Below, one piece after another: positions 13,301 to 24,664 of a DNA stretch of 32,000 nt (positions are counted from its first letter, which is position 1; every line of letters starts with the position of its first letter). A program made the position numbers and the translations under genes. The notes beneath the pieces are model-generated. The model was not told the DNA's origin and did no database searches. It saw only the letters and a program-made list of their open reading frames with translations. The DNA is from Zygophlyctis sp. KS116 (lineage: Eukaryota; Fungi; Chytridiomycota). The DNA is taken from positions 24,131-56,130 of the forward strand of contig BAAFSQ010000041.1 in the NCBI GenBank assembly GCA_054661495.1, read 5' to 3'.

Positions 13301-16300
13301 AATTTAGAAGTATAAATAGACTAGAATTATAATTAATTGATCCGATTAGATTCAAAAATTTATATCGAAATGAAGCTCGATCATTCATAAATACTGCTGG
13401 ATAAATAGCCCATAAAATACAATATTGAATGACGTTTTCTAATACTTCTGAAACATTACACTGTATTCGATGAATTGATTGCTTTAAATATGTAGATAAA
13501 TAAGAGAATAAAGATCTTATCAAGTTCTTCTCTTTCAAAACAGTCTTTGTATCAACAAGAAGAATATTTATTCCTTGCAGATAAGATTTGAGTAGGGGCA
13601 TAATTGAAGGTATGAATTTCATATTAGCGAAATTATCATTCTCTAAACTTGAGCGCCAAATGAATAATTCTTTACTCCAGGACCAGTCATACTGAAAATG
13701 TACCAAATTGAAAAAGCCAACTGTAGACGGAGATAAAACTTGTATGTCTTCCATTTCCAAAATAATTCTGGTGTTTTCCCCAACACTCAACTGTTTACCA
13801 CCAAGTGAAATCAGACCTCCATCCAAAAGAGAGTTGATCATCTCAAAAACCCAGGAATGAAAATTTCCATCGAAAACTGCGATAGAAATTTGAGATTGAT
13901 CGGCTAAAACCGTTTCTAGCAAGCTAGGAAAATATTTCCCGTGATCAAAATCTCCAACTAATGCCGCTGGGCCTAAGCCAGAAGGATTTAGATAAAACGT
14001 CTTTGCACGAATTACTGCAGAAATTTTCTGGATATTATGCGTCTTCCCAGCTCCTTGCTCGCCATAAAAAAGCAAATTCTGGCCTGATTTCAGTAAAAAT
14101 GATAGATTTTCGACAATTGAATCATCTATAGACCCAGATATTTCTTCAGGAATTTTGAAGGCAGGAAAAATAGATCTGAGAGCTAAATTAAACGCATCTT
14201 TGTCTGACTCTAATAATCTTGGAATGTACATAAAGCATAGCGCCCGAACAATTATGTCAATTTCACTGAAATTAGAGTTGATTCGTAATCGGCCTGCCAA
14301 TCGAATAACAGATTTTAGTGACCGCGAGGTAAAATCATAGAACACAGTACTCGGCAATACATTCTGAAGGCGAGTAAAAAGCTGGCCGAGTTGATTCCCA
14401 AGATCTGAAAAATGTACAAAATTATCCATAAGTAGAAAAATGCTTGCTAATGCAAAAATATTTGGTTTTGAGAGCATGATTTTCCTCATATTTGAATCAA
14501 ATAATATCTGTAAGTCTCTATTTTGAGTCTTATTTGAAAGTGTAATAAAACAGGGGAATTTTACTCCGTCAGTCAGACGCATATTTCTTCCCAAAAAAGG
14601 TACATTTAACCCTTTTTTACAACGGAGAATCTCTTTCAAAGACTTGAGACTTTGAAAAATGGCGTCGATACATTCTTTGGTTAAAAGATCGAGATTTTGA
14701 AATCTTATATAGCATCCGCTCATTGCTAAACCAATCATAATCCTGTTTAGTACTTTGGCGGTAATATTAGCACCGCAGGGAACCGAGATAAGAAAGTTTC
14801 CTGTCATTATGCTGAATGCTTGAAAGCTTTGCCATGCAAAAGCATTATCCGTACATTGAAGGTATAGATTATGTTTACCTTCAGATGCTAACCAAATATT
14901 CTGAGATAATTTAGATGGGCAAAAAATTCGAGAAGAATATATTTGTTCACCTTGATATTCAAAATTATAGCAGCATTTGTGCAGAAATTGTCGTACTAAA
15001 AGAACAGAGCTATTTCGATCAAATTCATATTTTGGAAAACTTATCCATAAAAAGTCTTTTAAGCTAGAGACCGATTCTTTAATCAATAATTGTTCAAAAT
15101 CTCTGCATTCAAGTTCGTAAAGCAGAAAATATTTGATTGCATTTTTTTCAGCGTCATTATCTGAATTTAACTGTTCCGAAAGCATGGCCACTGTTTGCAT
15201 AGTTTGTTGCATGAATAATCTTATCGCTCTGGGATTTTTTATAATGATAGTTTCGAGAAGTTTTGTCCGAATAGTTTGTGCTATAAGAAGGCAGATTTGC
15301 TTTGGTAAATATTTTGATAATTTACGGTATATTTCAGCCCATAAGATATTTGAGCTGAATTCCTTTTCATTTATATATTCAAGGTTTGAGATGAACATAG
15401 ACTTCAAGCTGGATTTTAGCTCTGAATCGAGAGCTGCCAACCATGTTTCCGCACTTGTACTTTTTGTGCTGATCGGGTTATCAAGCTTAACCACTTCATT
15501 ATTAGTCCCGATAACTGCCATAATAGCAGTTGTTTCTGTCGATTGAACATTGACATTATTGAAATTGAAAATACTATAGATAAAACATACTTAAGATTTA
15601 CCGCAGAAAATAAGGTTGCAGCTTTCTTGGTTCTTTGGCTACAGATACGATATCTATCAGTTCCTCGTCCGAAACAAAGAACAGCCGAGGAAAAACTAGT
15701 CGTTTATTATCAAGCCACCCTTGAAGATTGGCTGTGACCATTCTTAAACTTTGCAGCATATCCATAAGGGACGATTCTAAATCTGGTGCTACTTCAATCA
15801 TCATAGACAATTTTTTATGTGTCTGAGCGCTAAGTATAATCGACTTAAATGCGGTTTCAATTCTTTCGTATCTTCGTAGTTCACCTGATAACTGGATCCT
15901 CACTTCTCCACAGAGGAAAAATCTACATACGCTGATAATGGTAGCCTGAACAGCCTCCCAGTTCTTCAAAACCCTTTTGGCCATTTCAAGTTTATCTTCG
16001 AGATCCTTGAAAAGAGCTTGAAACTTTTCTAATCCCATCGTGCCTTGCATATTGTTTACAGCTAATAGATCTGATTCGAGCACACTCAGATTTCGTTCAA
16101 ATGACCTTACAACGCTAAACTTTGATGCATCTTTAAAGATTTCTACAACAAGATTTGAATATCGATTAGAAATTTCTGATAATGATATTATAATATCTCT
16201 TTCCTTATTTGCTGCGCCCTCGACTTCTTGAATAGCTGACTGAAGCTGAAAAAAATCTTTATAGGTGGTAGACCTGACTACAAGAATATATCCGTGAATA

Positions 16301-19222
16301 TCCGGCTTAAACTTAACACCGATGCTTTTACAAATAGACACCCAGTGCCACTCCTTTAAAGTAAAAAATGCGAAGTATTTACCTGCAAAATCGGATTTTT
16401 GAGCGATTTTATGATGGGTAGGTCCCGTCCTAGAAAAGATTCAAGAGTTTCCTTTGAACTACTAACTAGCCAGCAGTCGCATAAATCGGACTGGTCGAAA
16501 ATACTAATAAATTTTGCCCCTTCTTTTTCAATTTCATCGACATCAATAGAGTAGAGGGGCTTCTCCATCCAATCACGCAATTTATTCCGTGACACCATTA
16601 ATACCTGCACTAGAATGTTACGAGATTTCATCAGTGTCCATATTCGACGCATTTCTTCTGTTCCAGGAACATTCTCGAGAAGGTCAACTTTTTTGGATAT
16701 TATATTTGCAATGTCTGCAGCGTTTGAAATATGCTTTATGATATAGTTGAGAGAAGTAACAATCTGCTCTTCAGACAAAAAATCAGATTGATGCTTTACA
16801 ACTTCCACTGGACCCCCAATCAGAATTGTGGGAATTTTTGGCTTAGGAGAACTAAATAATTTGTTCATAGCAGTCTCGACATTTGTCCAAAGATTCATAA
16901 ACATTTGAATTTCTCTTCCTATACCCTGGCGTAACTTTTCAAGAGAGTCAATAACCTGCTTCTTTTTCAAATCCATGAATGTATAGAGTTTCGAAAGTCC
17001 AGTACAACTCGAATAAAATTTTTCAACTTCAGTATCCTCCAAAGACCACAATTTGGAATCTAAATACGCCTTTATCAAAATATTGTCCTTGATTTGATCT
17101 ATAATGTTAGGAATTGACCTTTCCAAATCTTTCACCATATAAGATGCCTTTTTAGTTTGTTCAAATTTGTTTGGCTCTACTATACTAAAAAATCGATCGT
17201 ATGAGCTCAGAAGATTCCGCACTCTGAGATTTAAATAATCCTTTGTCCGTATTTCTTGAAGATTCCGCGATTTTGCTATAGCAAAATCAATCGAATTAGA
17301 AACATGCGATATGTTGACCATAAATATCCCCCTGTTGGTGTTGATAAGCTTTATTCGAAAACCACTACCAATTTTTTTAAGCTCCTCAAATTGAGAATCA
17401 CAGAAATCAAAGTATTCTTGAGCTACCAATCCCTCATTGGGCGTTTTGTAGCATATTTCTAAAGTTGGGAGTACAGTCGCATTAAGTTTTAACAAATATG
17501 CATCCAAATTAGATAAATTTTCGCTAATCATTTCAGTATAAAGGGCCTCAATGCAACGAAAGTCAGCCGGTTGACATTCAAAGACCTTATCTGGTAATAC
17601 GCATTCCATTGGCTGAGTCCATCTTTTCAAGTTCTTTAAAAGTTGCGCACCTAATAAATGCAGATTTTGCTTAAAAATGATTTTATAATCTCCCTGTAAG
17701 GTTGTTGCAAGATCATCGAATTCAAACTCTGCGCCATCTTTTATCAATACACAATCTATTTGGATTTTGAGTTTTTGAGTGATGAATAAACGATAAAAAT
17801 GCATTATGCTTTCATTAATGAGAGGTGAAAGCAAAGACTTTGAAACAATTGACAAAAGTATTCCAGTTCGTAGAAATACTTCGCGACACTTTTTTGATTC
17901 ATGTCCCTCAGTAGATATCAATTTAGCCCTTTGTTTTAGCGTAAGATTGGTATTTTCCGTATTCTCTTTAATCCCAAAATATGATAAAATTTTGGCAAAT
18001 GTCTCTTCCACATTCGTTCTAATCATTTTTGTAATATTTGACTGGAAACGGTCATATTCAGAGTTAGCCTCTTTTAATATTCCCATTGGATCAAATGATC
18101 TCTCTTTATCAAGAACTTTTGTTTGTTGAAATATTTGCTGAAATTGTTGTTTAAGTTCCAAAATACAAGTTTGAATAACGCTATTAATGTAAAATCTATT
18201 GCCTTCAAACTGTTTGACAATAATTTTAAACCTTTCACATTTTTGGACATTAATACACCCCTTTATCGATATTATATTTGATGTCATAGATTTTGAAATG
18301 CCAGATAAGTCACTTATTACAGACAAAAACCTATTTTTAGTGTGTGTAGTTGTACATTTTAAAACTATTACTTGAAAGTATCCAAGCCTTTGTCTGAGAA
18401 TATATATACTGCTGCTCCAAATCCTGTAATAGTTCATTTAAAATATTTTCTGAAACTGCAAACTTCACTCGTAACATGATTCTATTCATTAAATCACTTG
18501 ATATTCTGGTCATTTCCCCTAATATAACACTTGAAACTCTTACAATCAGAATCCTTCATCATTCTCCTAACTAACTGATGTAACACAGAATTATATTCAA
18601 ATTCATTCCTTAGATTTTCAGCAATTTGTAACCTTGAACGATATATTTTATCGTCTTCAGAAGTCAATTTTACCAATGATATCCTTTTAATGATTTTTGT
18701 TGATCCACTTTTAATCAATACAGTTGAATCATCATTAAAAATCTGCTCCACTACTCCGTTCAAACCATTTAAGCAATTTTCGAAAGGCAAATCATTATAG
18801 AAAATAACATTTTTAGATTTTGATAAGAACTCGGCATCAATGAATCCATCAATATCAAAAATAAAACAAGATTGCTGCTCTTCATTTTCCAACTTTGCAA
18901 TTGATTCTTCCATATATTCATTTTCTGTGCGATTCTCTTCTTTTGGCGCATTAAACGACGTGACGATTGGAGCAACTTGACAGGGAATCGGCGTCAACCG
19001 TTTTAGATTATTGAATGCGGGAACCTTATATTTCCTATATATTTCTCTAGTTGATATTTTGCCTGCTTTATCCAAAACCGGAATTTCAACTTTAAATATC
19101 GGCCCACTTATATCCTTCTTCTCTGCTATTAACGGCACGGGCGTAATTTGGCGTTTCTTGTATATATGTATATTCTTTGAAATAATTTTATCTAGTCTGT
19201 CATTCGCTTCTTCCCATTTCAT
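1336..19222 (-). CDS. Giant (about 5,846 aa) dynein-heavy-chain-like fusion: DHC tail/linker, AAA1-4, stalk/MTBD, F-box insert, AAA5/6, TEP1-like DUF4062-NACHT-WD40
   Basis: 13 GT-AG introns (18519-18543, 18331-18355, 16354-16382, 15574-15601, 11740-11767, 10231-10255, 10102-10130, 9834-9856, 9215-9240, 7954-7982, 7366-7393, 6953-6977, 6698-6723; 346 nt total) each restore frame; 17887-346=17541=5847 codons. Dynein motifs: NPILQEWHW, WLDNKRLVFPRLFFVSDEELIDI, GEQGAGKT, GPIGTGKS, DELKSYNIPPP..PTWHEAKK..SVAAKGLSQWI, AIVSGDWVYV. F-box: DILGCLPYELTMRVLCYLD..TCKKW..FW. TEP1-like FIRDNSFLRSVP, NACHT Walker A/B GKGKTT / IIIDDI, WD40s such as SVSDDGSVNAWD. Further stop-free in-frame introns could be hidden. 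Confidence 0.85.
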
Positions 19223-19288
19223 ATTAGAGTATGTACTGCAAAAAGCTATCGGATCTTTAATAATTTCCGTCTAAATCGGATCTTTAAG
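19223..19288. promoter_or_regulatory. 66-bp divergent intergenic region with a 13-bp direct repeat
   Basis: ATCGGATCTTTAA at 19248-19260 and 19275-19287, between the ATGs at 19222 (-) and 19289 (+). A regulatory role is inferred from position only. Confidence 0.5.
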
Positions 19289-20085
19289 ATGTGTTTCCCA
19301 AAGCTGATTGATACAGATGGCATTATTTTACTCTTGATCGGATTAGATTCTGCAGGAAAATCATCTTTTTTAATGCGGCTTCGGAATGGATCTGGAATTC
19401 CACCCAAATCAGGTTGGGGATTCTCCGTAGATATGGTCCAGTACCAACCACCCCAGACTCACAACTCTTGGTGGAGAACGAAAGGGAAAAGGAAAATGAT
19501 AAAAATATATGATTTAGGAGGAGATCAAAAGATTAGAGGAATATGGAAAAACTATTTGGCGGAAGTATGTAGTATTTTAATTCATACTAATAGGTACATG
19601 GATGTATTTATGTTGTTGATGGGGAGAACAAAAATAGATTAGCAGAGTCAAAAGATGCGCTAATTGATATTTATCAAAATGCAAAACTATTAGGAAAACC
19701 TCTTTTGTTGTACTTGGATTATATTCTAATCTATTATAGAGCTGTAAATCACAAAGGCGATATCAATACTCAAGAGATTTTCAATGAAATGAATCTAAGC
19801 TCTATATTTACACATGAATCAATTATAGAAAAATCTCTAAGAATTCAACCTTGTGATGTAAGTTTCTATCCTCGGACGGAACCACATATTGATCCAAGGA
19901 TCAGGGAGGGATTTAAGTGGATTGTAGACTCGGTTCAGCAACAGTCAAAAATTCTTGACTTAAGGAGAAAGGCAGATATCAAACAAGAACTCAAAGAGAA
20001 ACTAGATAGGAAAAGAACAATAATGCCTATTATTGATAAAAACCTGAGAAGACATAGATCTAAAGTAGTACCAGAACTAATATAA
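19289..20085 (+). CDS. ARL13: ARL13-like ciliary Arf-family GTPase, short and with atypical G motifs
   Basis: GLDSAGKS P-loop; [27 protein letters not shown] matches the ARL13 signature (IRGIWKNY); EGFKWIV followed by a coiled coil. Introns at 19565-19593 and 19710-19739. Confidence 0.75.
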
Positions 20086-20097
20086 TATCATATTCTT

Positions 20098-22677
20098 TTA
20101 TACTGATGATGCAAGCTGACTTGCATCTATTCCTAGTCCAAGGGCTGTCAAAAATAAATCAACGTTAGCAAGAGCTTTGGCATCTGTGCTCATTTTTGCA
20201 GTAGCAATAATATTATCTCGAACTTCAGATACAAGCACTGTTTGCTGATCTACATTGGTCGCACAAACTGCTAATGAAGCCAAGAATTGCCAAATATAAA
20301 TCTCTCCCGGAAGGGATTCTTTATCAGATTTTTGTGCAGGAAATAGTGATGAGAAACTTCCCTGGATGGAAGAAAACAAGAAGTTGTATATATCATTCCT
20401 AATAAATAAGTAAAAATATCGTACCAAAGAGTTAAATCATTTTCATTAGGTCCTTCGGCCCCTTTTTGGAAGGCTCCTTGCCTTAATAATTCAGCTCGTG
20501 AAAGAAAGGCAGTCAAAAATGCAAGACCAATCTTGCTTGTGGCAACCCAAACCATATTGTGCCGCTCCAAAATTGTTTTCATTAGAGAATTGACCGAATC
20601 AAGACCTATTTCAGATACATAATCAACAAATGGAGGTATAACATATGCCATAAAGGTATCAATCTTTTCAATTAATGCATTTGCTGTCCTACCTCCAACT
20701 TTTCAGTACTGACGGGCAAATTAGCAATTTCAACACACTCTAAGCGACACATTAAAGTGCTAAAAAGTTTAAATTGCTGGTCAGGATTGAGATATTTTAA
20801 AACCCGCGGAATGATCCTTATACCCTTTGAATACTTCAAAAAAAATCCAAAAGCGTGAGGAAGACTGGCAAATGAACTCTTTCAATAAATACCTCAATGA
20901 AACTGGACGTGAAAGCCCCAAATTTACCCACAGTTCTTTCAATTTTTCATCAAACTTTTCATGCCAGGGAGTTAAATAAATAATAAACTTACCACTCTAA
21001 ATTTTCTTCATTTTCTTTTTCACTTCTTTTTAATGATTCCAACTCTAGAATATTATCATAAACTCTTTCAATTGAATTTAAAACACTTTTGGGCGACAGA
21101 GAGAATTCCACTTTTGATTTTTCCTATTTTCTTTACACTCTTTAATATACCTTTGAAGAAGAGAATCCAGTATCCAAAGACAATACCTGTCTTGGATTTC
21201 TTGAAGACAATACAGAAATTTTCCCGAGAGCTCCTTCCAATGACACTATTTTCTTAAAACATAATAAATTACTTGGTCCCTTAACTTCTGTAATTTTTGA
21301 CTTTCTCTTTTCAATCAGTCTTGTCATTTGCTGTTGAATTTTATTAACCCCCGAGGCCCGCTTTTTACTTTTACCAGACTCTTTAACTGGCGCCTCTTCT
21401 GGCTTTTTTGAAAAACTCGAATAAATTTCATAATAAAAATCATCCTTCATTGGATCATTCGATATCAATTGCGAAATCTGAATTTTTGCTATTAATTCCT
21501 TTTCCCATTTTGTAATAAAGACATCCTTTTTTCTTGCACTTCTCCCATCCGATTCCTTTTTATAAAAGAAACCCTGCAAATTCTTATTTTTTGACTTATC
21601 CATTCTTCTTTCTGCCTGTGAAGCTCTTTGAATTTTTTCTAAATGTACTCTATTCTTTTTCTCTTTAACATTTGTCAAATTCTCCCTAGAGTCTTTCTTG
21701 GAGTCTACTTTAATTTCCTTTGGAATCTCTTTCTGAATTTCCTTTTGATTCACTGCAGTTTCTTTAAGAGCTTCTTGAACGTTTGGCGTTACTTCCACTT
21801 TACGAATTTCTTCCACCTTTCTCTGACTTTTTAGAAGATTTTCTACATCTTCCATTGTCATCATATTTTCAATCTTTACTTGCCGCTGACCCATTGGAGC
21901 ATGTCCCATTCCTGGCATTGACATTTGCATGGAAATATGTTGTGGCATTGCCATTTGCATAGAAATAGGCGCTTGATTTGGCATTGATAGTCCAACTTGC
22001 CCCATTTGCATTTGTCCGATCGGCATTCCTCCCATTGTAATTCCTCCCATTCCCAATGGAATTTGTCCATTGTGTATTCCTCCTGCAGACAGAGACATTG
22101 GCATCCCAACAGGAGGTGCCATAGTTGCATGTTGAATATGTCCTGGATGCATCCCAGTCCAAGACTGAAGCTGCTCATGAGGTAAAAGTGTTGGTGGAAT
22201 AGATTGTGAGGCTGGCAGGTCTAAAGACAAATCCCCAAAGGTTTCATCTAAATTTTCATTTCCAGATTCTAATTCTAGTATCATAGAAATAGGCGCTTGA
22301 TTTGGCATTGATAGTCCAACTTGCCCCATTTGCATTTGTCCGATCGGCATTCCTCCCATTGTAATTCCTCCCATTCCCAATGGAATTTGTCCATTGTGTA
22401 TTCCTCCTGCAGACAGAGACATTGGCATCCCAACAGGAGGTGCCATAGTTGCATGTTGAATATGTCCTGGATGCATCCCAGTCCAAGACTGAAGCTGCTC
22501 ATGAGGTAAAAGTGTTGGTGGAATAGATTGTGAGGCTGGCAGGTCTAAAGACAAATCCCCAAAGGTTTCATCTAAATTTTCATTTCCAGATTCTAATTCT
22601 TGTATCTGATCTTCCAAGTCATTCTCATATCTAGACTCCAAAAGTGCGTCTAAATCGTCCAATTCCTCCAAATTCAT
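20098..22677 (-). CDS. PAT1: Pat1 mRNA decapping activator / P-body scaffold
   Basis: N-terminal ENLDETFG; Pro/Met/Gln-rich region; EKELIAKIQISQL..DPMKDDFYYEIY; SLEGALGKIS..RNPRQVL; IERVYDNILELE; KGIRIIPR; YIWQFLASLA..QQTVLVSEVRD..NVDLFLTALGL. Introns at 21246-21272 (27 nt, in-frame), 21124-21150, 20965-20992 (ends TG), 20865-20892, 20664-20692 and 20399-20424. Start taken as the ATG at 22677. Confidence 0.9.
21958..22605. repeat. 324-bp in-frame tandem duplication within PAT1
   Basis: 21958-22281 and 22282-22605 are identical as read, except one base near the junction (22277 a vs 22601 t); 108 aa are duplicated. Confidence 0.95.
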
Positions 22678-22752
22678 AACTTTTATTAGGAAATAAAATG
22701 CGAATAAATATGGAATAAGAAACACGCTCTTAGTTAGACGCGAAATTTTAAA

Positions 22753-24641
22753 ATGTCGCGATTACGATTGGATATGGAACAAGTCGACTCAACTCGGCTA
22801 TCAAGTAATGAAATATTAGATACTGCCACTGTAGAAGAATTCATGGCAGAAATAGAAAGTGACTCTGGATCACAGGAGATTGTTCCAAATCAGGAAAATT
22901 CAGAAAAATTAATCATGTCCGAAAAAGTATCAGCAAAGAGTACTCATGATCTCGTACAACAGCAGCCCCAAGAACAGTCAAAAAATAATAACGATGAAAT
23001 TTTAGATGCGCCTGATCAAAGATTGGACGAATCGGAGACTAAAAAAGATGAGATCAGGACAAATGAGATTAAGGACGATGATTTAAATTTGTTTTTTAAA
23101 AAAGTATCTCTAGGACAAATACATTTATCAGATAAAGACATCAACGATATTAAAGATACTAGAATTATGGAAAATGATGATAATATAAATAAGGATCAAC
23201 CGAATAATATTAAAATTGACTTTGGCGTACAAGAAGTAGTAGAGGAAATTAAAGGTGAACTATATGGAGAGAATTTGGAAGATTTCTTTCAAAAGGTTCA
23301 AATAGATCAGCAATTATATGACGAGTATGGTAATCTATTGACAAAACCAAAGTCTATCTTTACTACACTTGATAGATTTTATACGAGACCCCTATCATAT
23401 TTAAAGTTGGATATTGTAAATTCAGCAGAATATACCAGACAAAGTCGAGCTTTGGATTCAGCATTGAATTTTCTTAATTCAAGAAAATGTAAAGACTTAT
23501 TGGAAGAAGGTTTTCATTATATAGATCTAATATTTAAGAAGAGCCACCAGAGAGCTTAGGACTATTAACAGTAAATGTAAAAGATCCTGCAATCAATTAT
23601 TCAATTGTTCCTCCAAAATCGAGAAAAGAATACAAGGAATCTCGATACAATAGGTGAGTTTAAAGTTGTAACATGGTCAGGCCTTGGTTTATGTGGAGTA
23701 TGACATTTATACAGGCCATTCTAGTGATCGTGTCATTTGTAATGAATTTTAATAATACGGGTGGAGTTATACAGACCGTTCCATTCAATCCTATGATTGG
23801 GCCAAATCCTGGAGTAAGTAAAATACAAAATATAACTCTTTAGATATTGATTACATTAGGCGCACGATATATGCCCTGTATGAGAAACGAGTCAGGGAAT
23901 TGGAGTAGTATAATTTGTCCGGCAGGCGTTCTCGTAAAGCCTGCTGCTAATACTACATGCGGTTTGAAGGACATTTGTAAATCTAATACTGAAAAGGATC
24001 AAAATCAATACTGGAGATTTATTACGCCAATGTTTCTTCATTCTGGAATTATCCATTTTATTTTAAATGCTGCCTTTCAGTTACGGGTGGCTTCGACTTT
24101 TGAACGAGAAATTGGATCATGGAAATTGGCCGCCATTTTTTTTGTTTCTGGGGTGGGTGGATTTATATTTGGAGCATCATTTAGTACTTCTGCAAAAAGT
24201 ACACCGTCAGTTGGATCATCAGGTGGGCTTTTTGGAATAATTGCTTGCCTGACCTTGGATCTATTCATGAATTGGTCGCTCCTGAAAAGTCCGAAAGTCG
24301 AAGGCTTTAAAACAGTTCTTAATATAGTAATCGCTTTTATTATGGGCTGGCTTCCAGGAGTTGACAATTTTTCTCATATTGGTGGATACATCTTTGGGCT
24401 TTTCATGGGATTCCTTTTAATGCCAAAAATTTACTTTTCAAAAGAAGATCGGATTAGGAAAACTATAATACAGTATCTATCACTTCCAATTCTCATTTCA
24501 TTATTGGCTGTATGCACATTTGGATTTTTGAAGAATAATGTTCAATGTCCATATTGTCAGTACCTCAACTGTGTGCCTGGTCTTCCGTGGTATCCTTTAT
24601 TTGTAATCTTATTAAATAGGTGTGAACAAAAAGGGTTGTAA
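22753..24641 (+). CDS. Rhomboid intramembrane serine protease with a long acidic N-terminal extension
   Basis: NPMIGP..LGARYMPCM, QYWRFITPMFLHSGIIH, catalytic SVGSSG and SHIGG, Cys-rich C-terminus. Introns at 23510-23538, 23654-23680, 23814-23843 and 24590-24619 join the ORFs in frame. Confidence 0.88.
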
Positions 24642-24664
24642 ACTTGAATTTATTTTAATCAAAT

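Noticed and set aside
6595-19222. Reading the minus-strand ORF series as a prokaryote-like operon, a frameshifted pseudogene or stop-codon recoding
   Set aside because: Every break is explained by a canonical GT-AG intron of 23-29 nt that restores frame.
1389-19274. Numerous short + strand and alternative-frame ORFs overlapping the giant gene
   Set aside because: Antisense or out-of-frame shadows of a long coding frame, with no recognisable motifs.
21869-22509. Duplicated small ORFs (MDWDASRT, MSSFSLGL, MPHLHLSD)
   Set aside because: Alternative frames of the PAT1 internal duplication.
22678-22725. Hydrophobic N-terminal extension of Pat1 given in the ORF track
   Set aside because: It starts at a non-ATG codon; the ATG at 22677 fits the acidic Pat1 N-terminus.
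22738-22745. ACGCGAAA (SCB/E2F-like site) between PAT1 and the rhomboid gene
   Set aside because: A single short match, and neither gene is an obvious G1/S target.
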